DNA from: Escherichia phage BUCT-XGG-1
Sequence record: PP069513
Direction: 5' to 3' (one strand)
DNA: 49,653 nucleotides
Notes under the pieces: model-generated
The model's database searches: none
Told to the model about the DNA's origin: nothing
What the model saw: only the letters and a program-made list of their open reading frames with translations
Made by a program: the position numbers and the translations under genes
In this document: positions 37,315 through 46,314 of the stretch, piece after piece
Layout of the letters: each line of letters opens with the position of its first letter
Position numbering within the stretch: the stretch's first letter is position 1

Positions 37315-38577
37315 TTATTCCTCGTTGTTCACCTGCTGGTTAGTTGGCTCGATCTCTTCAATCTCCGGCGCTGGGCCTTGAATCTTGATAAAGTCTGCGA
37401 TTGCCTCAAGTGTATCACGCGCTTCGTCACGGTCAATTACCTGCTCTGTCAACAGCTTTGAAAGTGACTCAACGTTATTTTTCAGCGTCTCTGATTGCTC
37501 TTTCTCGCTTGGCATTGATAGCGGCTCAAAGCGGATTGACCATTCCTCCTCCTGAATAAGCATAGGAAGCAACCACTCCAGAAGAGGTCTGTAATACTCG
37601 TTACGCTTGCGGTCAATCATCTTATAGAAAGTCTCAAGCGCTGTATTCTGACTCGCTGACACGCCGCCTACGTTCTTATTCTTGAGGATAATCTCATGAA
37701 TGCCAGAGTAGTTCACGATGCGGTCCATTTTCTTATCCAAGAAAGCATCAACGCCGCCAATGTCAGAGTTAAGAACGTCGTATTCTTCGTCGGTGGCATC
37801 AATGCCAATCGTCCGGCCTACTCCGCTATTGTCATCAACCTGAGCTAATCGCATTCGAGCCGCGTAACGCCCTTCGTCATCGTCGCACAAATCAGCCAGT
37901 CCTTTTGCTTTCCATACGCCTTGCTGCTTACGGCGCAATAGCTGAGTAGCCAGTTCTTCACAGTAGTTGTAGTCCAAGATGGCGTCAATCAAGCCCTTAC
38001 TCAGCACCGATGCGCCCCAATCGTTATTCTGCGCGCGAAGTGAGTTAGGTACGCGCTCGCCGCCGTTAACATAGATTCGCGTGTAGTGTACGTCGTATTC
38101 CGGTACGCTGCCGCCAGGGTTAATGGTGTAAATCTTCGGCATACCATAGCGAGGGTTGCGTGCGTTCTTCTCGCGGTCCTTGATGCGGATCTGCTCTTTC
38201 TCGTACACTCGGATTGATTCAAGCTGCGCACCTTCCTTGATTGGTGATGTCAGGAGTCGGTTGTCACGGACGACGGCAACGATAGCGGAACCACCATAAA
38301 GCCGCTCCCATGAGAACGCCTCGACAATCTGCTTGTTCAGCTTCATGCCATCCCACAAAGATTTGAACGCCTTCTCATCCTTCACCCCGTCCAGGCCGAA
38401 TCCAGGGAAAACCATTTCCTCTGGAATAACATCGACAATTTTCTTAGCCATAGGATCATCAATGTAAAACTGCGTCACATACATCTGATCGTATAGCGAT
38501 GCAAGCGCGCCGCCTGCCGTACCTTCACCCTTAAACGTCTTGTTGTAAGAGTCGGTCTTTACGCTTTTTTTACTCAT
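37315..38577 (-). CDS. portal protein
   Basis: 420 aa directly downstream of large terminase; acidic C-terminus. Confidence 0.75.
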   Translation of the reverse strand: MSKKSVKTDSYNKTFKGEGTAGGALASLYDQMYVTQFYIDDPMAKKIVDVIPEEMVFPGFGLDGVKDEKAFKSLWDGMKLNKQIVEAFSWERLYGGSAIVAVVRDNRLLTSPIKEGAQLESIRVYEKEQIRIKDREKNARNPRYGMPKIYTINPGGSVPEYDVHYTRIYVNGGERVPNSLRAQNNDWGASVLSKGLIDAILDYNYCEELATQLLRRKQQGVWKAKGLADLCDDDEGRYAARMRLAQVDDNSGVGRTIGIDATDEEYDVLNSDIGGVDAFLDKKMDRIVNYSGIHEIILKNKNVGGVSASQNTALETFYKMIDRKRNEYYRPLLEWLLPMLIQEEEWSIRFEPLSMPSEKEQSETLKNNVESLSKLLTEQVIDRDEARDTLEAIADFIKIQGPAPEIEEIEPTNQQVNNEE

Positions 38578-38628
38578 CCGCTTTTCTCCAAATAAAAATG
38601 GCTAGGTTGTTAGCTTAGCCATTATACA

Positions 38629-40215
38629 TTATTTGCGCATTCCCGCTAATCGTTTCATTCGCGCTACCGGATCATCAAGCAAGTTCATTTCGAAGTTTCC
38701 AGCATCAACCACGTTATCCACGATATCATCGTGAGGATGGCTATCATCAAAGGTGAAGCCTACCAGTTCCGCTTCCATTTCAGTAAGCATTGGGTGAGAT
38801 TCAGGAAAAACGATTCGCCCTGCTTTCATGATTGGTGCTGCGTCCATTGCACGCGTAACCTTGTCGGTATCTCGCTGCACTGGCGTGATGTCAATCGGGA
38901 GCTTCTTGTTAATTGACTGGATCAGGCCCGTACCGCTCGCCTTGTCTTCAATGTAAACCTTGCGTAATGACGTCTTGTTCTCCTTCGCCCACTTAAAGCA
39001 GTTGCCATAAAAGTTAAGGGCCATCGTCTCAAGGTCCGGCGCTTCCCACTTACCGCGAATGCCGTCGATGAAATATACGCGATCCTTATACTTGCCCCAC
39101 AAAACAAAGACGCTGTAGTCGTGAATTTCCTCGGCCTTCTGCGCAGTATCCGCAGTGGTAAAAAGGTATTCGAAGCGATCCGGTTTTGGCATATTGGCTT
39201 TCTCACCGTCGCCGTAATACTGGAACCAGTCCGACTTAAACGCATTGCCACCAAGCGCAATGGGCTTCTGCTGATACTGAGACTCGAAGGTGTACAGGTC
39301 AGCTTCGCGCAACGCCAGTAGGCTTTCTGCGCTTTCCTTCGCAGGCCAGAAAGAGAAGTGCTCAACACCGTCAATCATTACCGACGGGGACGATAGCACG
39401 TCTTTATCAAATTCCTCTTTCAACCAGTCAGGAAGCGTGTCTCTGTATTCCTCAGTTACCAGCGCCGGAATGATTACCTGCTCAAACTTCATGCCACCCA
39501 TGCCGCCATTCATCAGGAACCACGTCGAGTCGTTAACGTGCAGTCGCTGCTGCACAACAACGCATGGCGTTCTGTCAGTCATACGACGTGATCGCACGGT
39601 GTTTTTTAGCAGTGTATGAGCCGCCTTGCGCTTAACGGACGAATACATGTCTTTCGGTTTGTCGGGGTCATCAAGCGTTAACATTCCGGTAAAGCTCCAG
39701 GGTTTACTGGGGTCTTCCATGTACCCGCCACGCTTACCAGTTACCTGGCCGCCGATCGCACGTGATGTTAACGTCAGCCACTCCTTATCGTTATCGTTAA
39801 GTGCGGTAATATCGCCACCGGACGCCTTAGCTAGTTTGGTAGGCCATAGCTCCTGGAACTCATCGCAACCGATAATCTCACGCGTCCTGATCCCGTTATC
39901 CTTCACCAGACTGTCAGAGAACGAAAGGTTCAAATTTCGAACCTTCGGACTCTTTAACATCCCGTACACTGGCATGTGGATGGAGAAGATCTCAGTTTTG
40001 CCGGAGCCTGGCGTGATGTTGAATATCACGTTCTGAGCCTCACCTTTGATGATCTGCTCAACCTTCCAGCAAAGGTAAGTGAAGTGCCAGTTGCTTTGGA
40101 ACTTCTGAGCCTGCCCGATCTGGAACCAGATTCGTAACATCTTTTCGAATGACTGCTCAGAGAGCGCCTTTATTGCCTGCTTTCTTGCAAGGTCGAGATC
40201 TTCCCACTGGATCAT
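38629..40215 (-). CDS. terminase large subunit
   Basis: Walker A-like ITPGSGKTE near N-terminus, nuclease-type C-terminal half, 528 aa. Confidence 0.8.
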   Translation of the reverse strand: MIQWEDLDLARKQAIKALSEQSFEKMLRIWFQIGQAQKFQSNWHFTYLCWKVEQIIKGEAQNVIFNITPGSGKTEIFSIHMPVYGMLKSPKVRNLNLSFSDSLVKDNGIRTREIIGCDEFQELWPTKLAKASGGDITALNDNDKEWLTLTSRAIGGQVTGKRGGYMEDPSKPWSFTGMLTLDDPDKPKDMYSSVKRKAAHTLLKNTVRSRRMTDRTPCVVVQQRLHVNDSTWFLMNGGMGGMKFEQVIIPALVTEEYRDTLPDWLKEEFDKDVLSSPSVMIDGVEHFSFWPAKESAESLLALREADLYTFESQYQQKPIALGGNAFKSDWFQYYGDGEKANMPKPDRFEYLFTTADTAQKAEEIHDYSVFVLWGKYKDRVYFIDGIRGKWEAPDLETMALNFYGNCFKWAKENKTSLRKVYIEDKASGTGLIQSINKKLPIDITPVQRDTDKVTRAMDAAPIMKAGRIVFPESHPMLTEMEAELVGFTFDDSHPHDDIVDNVVDAGNFEMNLLDDPVARMKRLAGMRK

Positions 40216-40748
40216 AATTCCCCCAAAATATCCTTAACGGCTTCTTTAAATTCATCAGTAGTCACGGACACCGCGCCAGCAGATACGTTGTTCTGCACGT
40301 TCACTTCTGCAGCCTTGTCGATACCAATGTCTTTGCCTACGAATCCGGCGTTGATAAGGTTGGACGCAGCTAACTGATATTTCTGTTCAATAATTACTGA
40401 GTCGATGAACTCCATTACCTCAGAGAATCCAGGCGACGCGCGCCAGCTTTGGATCGCACCGGAGGTAACGCCGCAATAAAGCTGGAAGCCGTTGAGCGTG
40501 AACACTCGCGGCTTGTGCACTAGGTTCTCAGTGACAACGCCCTGGAAGCTCGCCGTTTCGATTGCCTTAATTGCCTGGTCCTCGGCCCATGAGAAATATT
40601 TAACCGCAAGGTTGAATACAGTCTCAGGCGTCATTGGGTGACGATGGTTCAGGTTGGCAATGTCGCCATACTTTTTATTGTATAGCTCTTTGAAGTTACC
40701 GATTCGAACCTTCTCGTTCGCGTGACTGGTGAAGTTTTCGTCTTTCAT
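40212..40748 (-). CDS. terminase small subunit (putative)
   Basis: 178-aa gene overlapping start of large terminase by 4 nt; first gene after late promoter. Confidence 0.5.
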   Translation of the reverse strand: MKDENFTSHANEKVRIGNFKELYNKKYGDIANLNHRHPMTPETVFNLAVKYFSWAEDQAIKAIETASFQGVVTENLVHKPRVFTLNGFQLYCGVTSGAIQSWRASPGFSEVMEFIDSVIIEQKYQLAASNLINAGFVGKDIGIDKAAEVNVQNNVSAGAVSVTTDEFKEAVKDILGEL

Positions 40749-40777
40749 AGTTGTTTCCCCTTGTTGAATAGGAATGA

Positions 40778-40786
40778 ATTATACCA
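40778..40786 (-). promoter_or_regulatory. extended -10 promoter (TGGTATAAT) for packaging/head operon
   Basis: Minus strand CTGGTATAAT ~30 nt upstream of the terminase small-subunit ATG. Confidence 0.45.
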
Positions 40787-40796
40787 GATTGCAGGC

Positions 40797-40823
40797 ATAA
40801 AAAAAGCACCCCGAAGGATGCTT
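40797..40823 (-). terminator. intrinsic terminator
   Basis: AAGCATCC TTCG GGGTGCTT followed by T7. Confidence 0.65.
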
Positions 40824-40830
40824 AAATGAA

Positions 40831-41052
40831 TCAGTCAACGTATTTGATGGCCCCAGGCTTCCGCCCCGATCGAATGTCGTTAATCTCGTTAAACACAGAG
40901 ATAAACTTGCCGGATACTCGCCACTGCTTTTTCTTCTCATCGTATCGCGCTTGAGCGAATTGCCCGCGCTTGATTAGCTTGGCAATCCAGGCGCAAGATA
41001 ACGAGATGATCAGGACGGAAGCGAAAATAAAACCATAAATAAACGTCAGCAT
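40831..41052 (-). CDS. small membrane protein (73 aa)
   Basis: N-terminal hydrophobic helix; followed by terminator. Confidence 0.4.
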   Translation of the reverse strand: MLTFIYGFIFASVLIISLSCAWIAKLIKRGQFAQARYDEKKKQWRVSGKFISVFNEINDIRSGRKPGAIKYVD

Positions 41053-41234
41053 GAAATACCCCTTACATAATTAACTAAAAATTTATGAGTCGTTGTATCG
41101 ACCCCGCTCATTTCCTTCACCTTTGAAACGGCTTCTTCGGCGCTACTGGCCTCGACATTTGCTTCAAAGTTTTGCTTACACGATGCGCATGTGCGCCCCA
41201 TGAGAAGGATTGTTAATTTAACTTCGTATATCAT
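41046..41234 (-). CDS. hypothetical protein (62 aa)
   Basis: ORF overlapping start of downstream gene. Confidence 0.35.
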   Translation of the reverse strand: MIYEVKLTILLMGRTCASCKQNFEANVEASSAEEAVSKVKEMSGVDTTTHKFLVNYVRGISC

Positions 41235-41452
41235 TTAATGACCTTTGAATGTCACTGAACCCATGGTTATCAATACTGTTATTGTGCTCAATACTAATAT
41301 TTACATACACCCCATTCATTAATCCTAAGTGCTCTTTCTGCTAGCCGCCTTTTAATCTTTGATTATACTTGGAGATACTTCCAGTAACGGTGTCTTTTAC
41401 AATTACAGTTACAATCTTCATATTTACCTCAATGCACATAGTGCTGGTTATT

Positions 41453-41529
41453 TGGCGTTCAGCGCTGGACTCGAACCAGCAACTAAGACTTAGGAGGTCT
41501 TTGCGTTATCCTGTTAACGCCAGCAGAAC
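41453..41529 (-). tRNA. tRNA-Arg (anticodon CCU)
   Basis: Hand-folded cloverleaf: D stem GCGT/ACGC, anticodon stem AAGAC/GTCTT, loop CU-CCU-AA, T arm GCTGG-TTCGAGT-CCAGC, encoded CCA; acceptor stem has one U.U mismatch. Confidence 0.65.
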
Positions 41530-41734
41530 TGAATTAAGGCCGGTTACGGATCTCCGGCGAGCTTTCACAATGCTCCGACAAACAACGCAGTCTCTTTTGG
41601 CAGCTGCCGCCATTTGCAAGTTTACGCCTTATCTTGCATGGTCCAAGCTATATATACGACTTACGAATCGCTCGTTGCCAATTAGTGGCCTCGTCTGTTT
41701 ACGGGATTAAATATACCAGTCAGTGAGATGTCTG

Positions 41735-41929
41735 TCAATCAACTTTTTTAAAAGTTCCATACGTCGGGCAGACAGGGTAGTCGATCGCGACCTTATTCCC
41801 CTCGTCACTGTAGACGTAAACGTATCCCTGGGAATCAACTTTTTCCACTGTGCACTCGCAGCCAGTAAAGAACTCATAACCGCGCGCGCCGATGCACTTG
41901 ATCACGTCACCTTTCTTGATCTTACTCAT
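41735..41929 (-). CDS. hypothetical protein (64 aa)
   Basis: Start taken at MSKIKKGDV with GGAGAAAG RBS; Cys-containing. Confidence 0.4.
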   Translation of the reverse strand: MSKIKKGDVIKCIGARGYEFFTGCECTVEKVDSQGYVYVYSDEGNKVAIDYPVCPTYGTFKKVD

Positions 41930-42161
41930 AGACACTTTCTCCGTTTTCACGTTTGCCAACCAGACCCTTAAGATAACCAGCAATCCACACAAATTTGTCA
42001 CGCGATATAATGGTCGCTACGGCATCATGGTGCTTGGTAATAATTGAGGCAACCAGCTTATCATCTTTGCGATCTTTCTTGTTCAGATCGGCATACGCTG
42101 CGTTTAATTGCTTGGCTTTGGCCTTTACTGCGTTCATCTGCGGGTCAGTTAATCCAAACAT
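41922..42161 (-). CDS. hypothetical protein (79 aa)
   Basis: ORF in operon. Confidence 0.4.
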   Translation of the reverse strand: MFGLTDPQMNAVKAKAKQLNAAYADLNKKDRKDDKLVASIITKHHDAVATIISRDKFVWIAGYLKGLVGKRENGESVYE

Positions 42162-42487
42162 TATTCGTACACCTCATCAATGATTTCGCTGATCTTGTTC
42201 ATTATGTCAACCTTGGCGCAATCCCATTCCGGTGAGCCTGGTTCTTCCCATGATCCGCCAGGGCCGTGACACGTCATGTTATCGATAAGCTCTGACACTT
42301 CGCTTTCCAGAACATTGCGCATGTGCTCAATCTGCCAGCACTCAACCGAGTCTTCTGCGTCGCGGTAAGCCTTGAACTCACCGCCGAGAACTTTTTGCGC
42401 CGCTTCTGCTGATTCCTTCGTTTCGTGAACGGTCCGATGAATCTCTTTGCCGAACTTGCCAACGCCGTAAGTGTGTATGTAAATCAT
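42161..42487 (-). CDS. hypothetical acidic protein (108 aa)
   Basis: ORF, 4-nt overlap with upstream gene. Confidence 0.45.
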   Translation of the reverse strand: MIYIHTYGVGKFGKEIHRTVHETKESAEAAQKVLGGEFKAYRDAEDSVECWQIEHMRNVLESEVSELIDNMTCHGPGGSWEEPGSPEWDCAKVDIMNKISEIIDEVYE

Positions 42488-42696
42488 TCTTCGATCACCT
42501 TATATTCATTTTCGCTAATACTGATCTCGTTGCCTACGTGCACAAACTCAGTTTCACGGATAGCCTTGATTGAAAGGTCGCCGTCCTTGTATTTACCTGA
42601 CACTTCGATTACGTCGCCAACCTTAAAGCCGCAATCTTCCAGGGTGAGAGCGTAGTCATCGGTCACATAGTTGACGTCGATAATTTCAATTTTCAT
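42484..42696 (-). CDS. hypothetical protein (70 aa)
   Basis: First gene after box promoter 42727-42770; RBS GAGGAAG. Confidence 0.45.
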   Translation of the reverse strand: MKIEIIDVNYVTDDYALTLEDCGFKVGDVIEVSGKYKDGDLSIKAIRETEFVHVGNEISISENEYKVIEE

Positions 42697-42726
42697 TTCT
42701 GCTTCCTCGTTCGTTTCGATGGGGTA

Positions 42727-42770
42727 ACTATACAGCCACCCCGATTATGAGTTTTAACAAAAAGTGCTAT
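42727..42770 (-). promoter_or_regulatory. box promoter candidate
   Basis: Box ATAGCACTTTTTGTTAAAA (42752-42770) containing TAG stop of upstream gene; hairpin with TGTATAGT (22-bp gap); leader CATCGAAACGAA. Confidence 0.5.
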
Positions 42771-43165
42771 CGTTGGTGATTTCGTGCATTCTTTTTCATT
42801 GCGGCGAATGCGATAAAGCAGAACATCCCAGGCTCAGTAAATCGAAGCTTACCGTACTGGCGGCACATGCGGCGAAATTTACGCTTGTCGTTTAACACGT
42901 TAGTTACACGTTTTTCAGTCACCACTAAGCTGCGCGGACCCTTTACTACCACGAAAGTGACGGCTGGGCCACTTGCGAGATTCAGGTTGTACTTGCTTCC
43001 TTTCTGGACGGCGTACCATGAAAGACCGTTATAATCATCAATGACATCAGCCACGTTGAGGTGACGGTTAGGTCGGCGCTTGGCCTCGTATACTTGACCA
43101 ACCTGAAAGTAATCATTAAACAGCATCGCTAACCCTGGATGTATTTTAACACAACGTAATTTCAT
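42767..43165 (-). CDS. hypothetical basic protein
   Basis: Start taken at MKLRCV (GGGGA RBS); stop TAG lies inside the box. Confidence 0.45.
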   Translation of the reverse strand: MKLRCVKIHPGLAMLFNDYFQVGQVYEAKRRPNRHLNVADVIDDYNGLSWYAVQKGSKYNLNLASGPAVTFVVVKGPRSLVVTEKRVTNVLNDKRKFRRMCRQYGKLRFTEPGMFCFIAFAAMKKNARNHQR

Positions 43166-43167
43166 GG

Positions 43168-43326
43168 TTATCCCCATTCGTTTTCGTCAAATTGTTGATT
43201 GTTGATCTGAGTGCGAACCTCTTTAACCATCTCTGAGAACTCATCGGCTGAGCACTGCATAGTCTGAGTGGCCAGTAGTTGCTTAAGGATGACGGCTTGC
43301 TTGTCTGACAGGTTGATAGTAATCAT
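43168..43326 (-). CDS. small hypothetical protein (52 aa)
   Basis: Unlisted ORF MITINLSDKQAVILKQ... with GAGAGGAAAG RBS. Confidence 0.3.
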   Translation of the reverse strand: MITINLSDKQAVILKQLLATQTMQCSADEFSEMVKEVRTQINNQQFDENEWG

Positions 43327-43355
43327 TTTGCTTTCCTCTCGTTTGGTGTGAACTA

Positions 43356-43401
43356 ACTATAACAAAACCCGCCGGAGCGGGTTTAGCAATTCGTGCTATT
43401 T
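43356..43401 (-). promoter_or_regulatory. box promoter candidate
   Basis: Box 43382-43401 abutting TAA of kinase gene; hairpin CCCGCTCCGGCGGG; TGTTATAGT (22-bp gap). Confidence 0.5.
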
Positions 43402-44020
43402 ACCAAGGAATATCGTCGGCCCAATCATCATCCATTGAAGGACTAACCAAGCAAGCGCGAACTACTTTAAGGACGCCATCATCAACATCACCATTTACCA
43501 GATGCACATCATGCTCGTTATATTTCTTGTAATCAGGGAAGTGCGATTCCTTGATGCGGATGTAATCACGGCTATCTCCCGCGAAAGTCTTGCCATCCAT
43601 GAACAAGCGGACCAGGGTAACATCGTGACCATCTTCAACGAGTCGAATCACTTCATCGGGGAAGCCGCCATCAGTGCAAACAAAACAGAAGCCTTCATCA
43701 CACAGACGGATATGTTCGCTCATCAATTTGCCGAACTGCTGATTGCCAAAAAGCGGCTTGACCACCGTTTCGCTAATCCAGATCATGAACTCACGGCAGG
43801 TCTTGCCACCGAGAAAGACCTGAGGCTGCTCTTTCTGATCGCGGTCGTCGTATGCTGTGATGAACTTTGAAAAAGCCCTGGCCCCAAGGATGGATGCTGC
43901 AATCTCAAACATCGGACGTTTGAAGCTGGTAGGGATGCAATTGTAATCTGCTGCCAGTGCATTGCCGATCGTGTCTTTACCTACGCCAGCAGGGCCGTTT
44001 AGAATGATAATCTTTGACAT
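43400..44020 (-). CDS. P-loop kinase (dNMP kinase-like) with SSB-like tip DDIPW
   Basis: Walker A GPAGVGKDT; C-terminus DDDWADDIPW. Confidence 0.6.
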   Translation of the reverse strand: MSKIIILNGPAGVGKDTIGNALAADYNCIPTSFKRPMFEIAASILGARAFSKFITAYDDRDQKEQPQVFLGGKTCREFMIWISETVVKPLFGNQQFGKLMSEHIRLCDEGFCFVCTDGGFPDEVIRLVEDGHDVTLVRLFMDGKTFAGDSRDYIRIKESHFPDYKKYNEHDVHLVNGDVDDGVLKVVRACLVSPSMDDDWADDIPW

Positions 44021-44069
44021 TTTGATATTCCTGAGAAGTGGGCGCGATGTGCGCCAGTTAAGGTTAGTT

Positions 44070-44687
44070 TTATTTACCGCTTACGAGATTGCATTTTTTG
44101 CACTGGCGAACGCCATGTGGAGGTAGCGGATCGCTAAATTCGTGCTCGCAAACTTTTTCTACGCCGTGAGACTTAAGTCCAGAGTGCACGTTGTCGCCAT
44201 AGTCACACACCTGATAGGTGGTGATGCCGAGGCTTCTGAAGTGCGCGATAACGCTAGGACTATCATCAAAGGCCGCAGTGATGCGGTGCAAGCCAATGTA
44301 TCGTAAAAATTCTTCCTTGATGATCGTATCCTTTCGATTGTCATCAGCTTGGCGCATGACCAGAAAGTTGTATTTAGCGCCAGCATCATACAGCCATTGC
44401 GTTGATTCTTCAACAACTGCATCCGATCGACCAGTAAGTACGATGATGAAAGCGCCGGAAGCGAACAGGCCATTCATTACGTCAATCGTTTCCTGGAATG
44501 GCGTGTCGAATTTACTCAGTGAGTTAAATTCAAGCCATGACTCAGTGAGGTGTAAATCTTTGGTCGGTAGCTTATGCAGGCGGTGAGTTCCGTCTGACAG
44601 AGTGCCGTCGAAATCAAAGCAGTATACTTTTTTATTGACTGCAACTGTTTCTAAATGGTGTTTAATCATGGTGTATAGCTGATTCAT
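44070..44687 (-). CDS. HAD-superfamily phosphatase
   Basis: HAD motif I FDFDGTLSD near N-terminus; C-terminal Cys pairs. Confidence 0.65.
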   Translation of the reverse strand: MNQLYTMIKHHLETVAVNKKVYCFDFDGTLSDGTHRLHKLPTKDLHLTESWLEFNSLSKFDTPFQETIDVMNGLFASGAFIIVLTGRSDAVVEESTQWLYDAGAKYNFLVMRQADDNRKDTIIKEEFLRYIGLHRITAAFDDSPSVIAHFRSLGITTYQVCDYGDNVHSGLKSHGVEKVCEHEFSDPLPPHGVRQCKKCNLVSGK

Positions 44688-45136
44688 AGTAAGTATCCTG
44701 TAGTTATCACTCTGTATGCTGTTCTTTTGCCAACTCCCATTGCGTCAGCTATATCCTGATAGGTCATGCCATCAGTTCTCATTCTTAACATCTTTCTTGA
44801 GTCTTCGCTAGTTACTATTGACTTCGGGTTCTTAAGCCCCTCAACGCTTCGGAACCTGCCCTTCGATACGCAATCAATCACGTTATCATGCTGACTACCT
44901 ACCGATAGGTGCTTTGGATTAATGCAAGAAGGATTATCGCATGAATGCATTATTACACCTTTTACGCATTCATAATCTACATCATTGCTTATGAAGTAAG
45001 CTACTTTGTGCGCCCTTCTAGTAGCTCCAGCGTATCTTACCTGGCCATATCCATCAACGGTCCTTGAGTTATTCCACTCTATACAATCATCCGTCTGCCT
45101 CCTTATCATTATTATTAATTCATCTACCTTTTTCAT
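44684..45136 (-). CDS. HNH endonuclease with C-terminal HTH
   Basis: HSCDNPSCINPKHL HNH/zinc motif and C-terminal HTH (MTYQDIADAMGVGKRTAYRV); 4-nt overlap with phosphatase. Confidence 0.65.
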   Translation of the reverse strand: MKKVDELIIMIRRQTDDCIEWNNSRTVDGYGQVRYAGATRRAHKVAYFISNDVDYECVKGVIMHSCDNPSCINPKHLSVGSQHDNVIDCVSKGRFRSVEGLKNPKSIVTSEDSRKMLRMRTDGMTYQDIADAMGVGKRTAYRVITTGYLL

Positions 45137-45167
45137 GTTGCCACCCTTTCGTGTGGTTGGTGTGGGG

Positions 45168-45212
45168 ATTATACCAGTCAGGATGAATCCCCTTTTAACA
45201 AAAAGTGCTATT
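45168..45212 (-). promoter_or_regulatory. box promoter candidate
   Basis: Box 45194-45212 containing TAG stop; hairpin GGGGATT..AATCCCC holding TGGTATAAT (22-bp gap). Confidence 0.5.
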
Positions 45213-46014
45213 TGATATAGAACTGAGCCACTACGCCACCATCAGGATTTATGATTGCGTATGCGTCACCGAGCGTTGCCTTGGCATTCATAACCTTACC
45301 AATTCTCCTGGCTTCCCAACGGTAATCACCTTTTAATCCAGAGCAGAAGGCATCTTGCGTGATTTGAATAAGTCGCGGATCACATCCTGGTTCGCATTCA
45401 TCAATTTCATACGCGTACTCGCAACCATTGATAAACTCATTGCCTCCAACATGGTAGCAAACCGCCACCTTGCGATCGCGTGCTGATTCACATTCACCCA
45501 CCGCCCATACGTGACGATTGCTATAACCGTAACCTCCGCTTCGTGGTTCCATTTTCGCGGTTGACATGGTAAGCGCCTTGCCTTCACCGAAATTGCTACC
45601 GAAAGTGAACTTGGCATCTTTCGTCAGGTAATCAAACTTTACGCCATCATCTACGACGGTTTTCCCTGAGCCAGCCGCAAGCTCATTCACGAATGCATCG
45701 ACAGTGCTGTGACACGGATCGCCATTGTACTTAGGCAAATCCTTGAGCAATTGCTCACATGCTTCGTGAATCAACTTTCCAGCCACCGCTTTGAGGATTG
45801 CTTGCTCAACATGGTCAGCGATAATCGACGGTGAAGAAATTTGATGTTTTTGAGTCCATTCTAAGGCCTTTAAACGCTCCTGTAACGAATCGATTTCTTG
45901 CTTATGCATTGCGTAGGATACCCATGCTCCATCGTCGCAGGCTTGCATTCCGACGCCGTGAATGTTGACGCTGGTTGCCACTGCTACATGGTTAAAACGG
46001 TTGATGCTGTTCAT
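45208..46014 (-). CDS. hypothetical Cys-rich protein (268 aa)
   Basis: ORF after box promoter; no recognisable motif. Confidence 0.5.
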   Translation of the reverse strand: MNSINRFNHVAVATSVNIHGVGMQACDDGAWVSYAMHKQEIDSLQERLKALEWTQKHQISSPSIIADHVEQAILKAVAGKLIHEACEQLLKDLPKYNGDPCHSTVDAFVNELAAGSGKTVVDDGVKFDYLTKDAKFTFGSNFGEGKALTMSTAKMEPRSGGYGYSNRHVWAVGECESARDRKVAVCYHVGGNEFINGCEYAYEIDECEPGCDPRLIQITQDAFCSGLKGDYRWEARRIGKVMNAKATLGDAYAIINPDGGVVAQFYIK

Positions 46015-46055
46015 ATGTGATTCCTCAGTTGGTTTGTGTTCACTTGACAGGAGAC

Positions 46056-46099
46056 ACTATAGCTAATGTCTCCGAGCAAGTTTTAACAAAAAGTGCTAT
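46056..46099 (-). promoter_or_regulatory. box promoter candidate
   Basis: Box 46081-46099 containing TAG stop; hairpin GGAGACA..TGTCTCC with GCTATAGT (22-bp gap). Confidence 0.5.
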
Positions 46100-46314
46100 T
46101 CGATGAACCCAACGCGAACCGCAGCATCAAGTGTGATGTAATCATCGGCCGTCAACGATGAGTGATAGGTAAAGATTCCAGCCTGGATGCCCTTTACCAA
46201 CTGATCCTGTGTGATGCGTGAGATTTTAACAACCCCGACATCGCTACCAGTGCGCAGGATAACATCGCCTACCGCGCAAAACTCAACGCCTTTACTGTTA
46301 ACATAGACTTGCAT
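46096..46314 (-). CDS. hypothetical protein (72 aa)
   Basis: ORF; stop inside box. Confidence 0.4.
   Translation of the reverse strand: MQVYVNSKGVEFCAVGDVILRTGSDVGVVKISRITQDQLVKGIQAGIFTYHSSLTADDYITLDAAVRVGFIE

Noticed and set aside
41540-41720. Possible second tRNA or small RNA next to tRNA-Arg
   Set aside because: Only isolated hairpins were seen; no cloverleaf with T-arm or anticodon arm could be assembled by hand.
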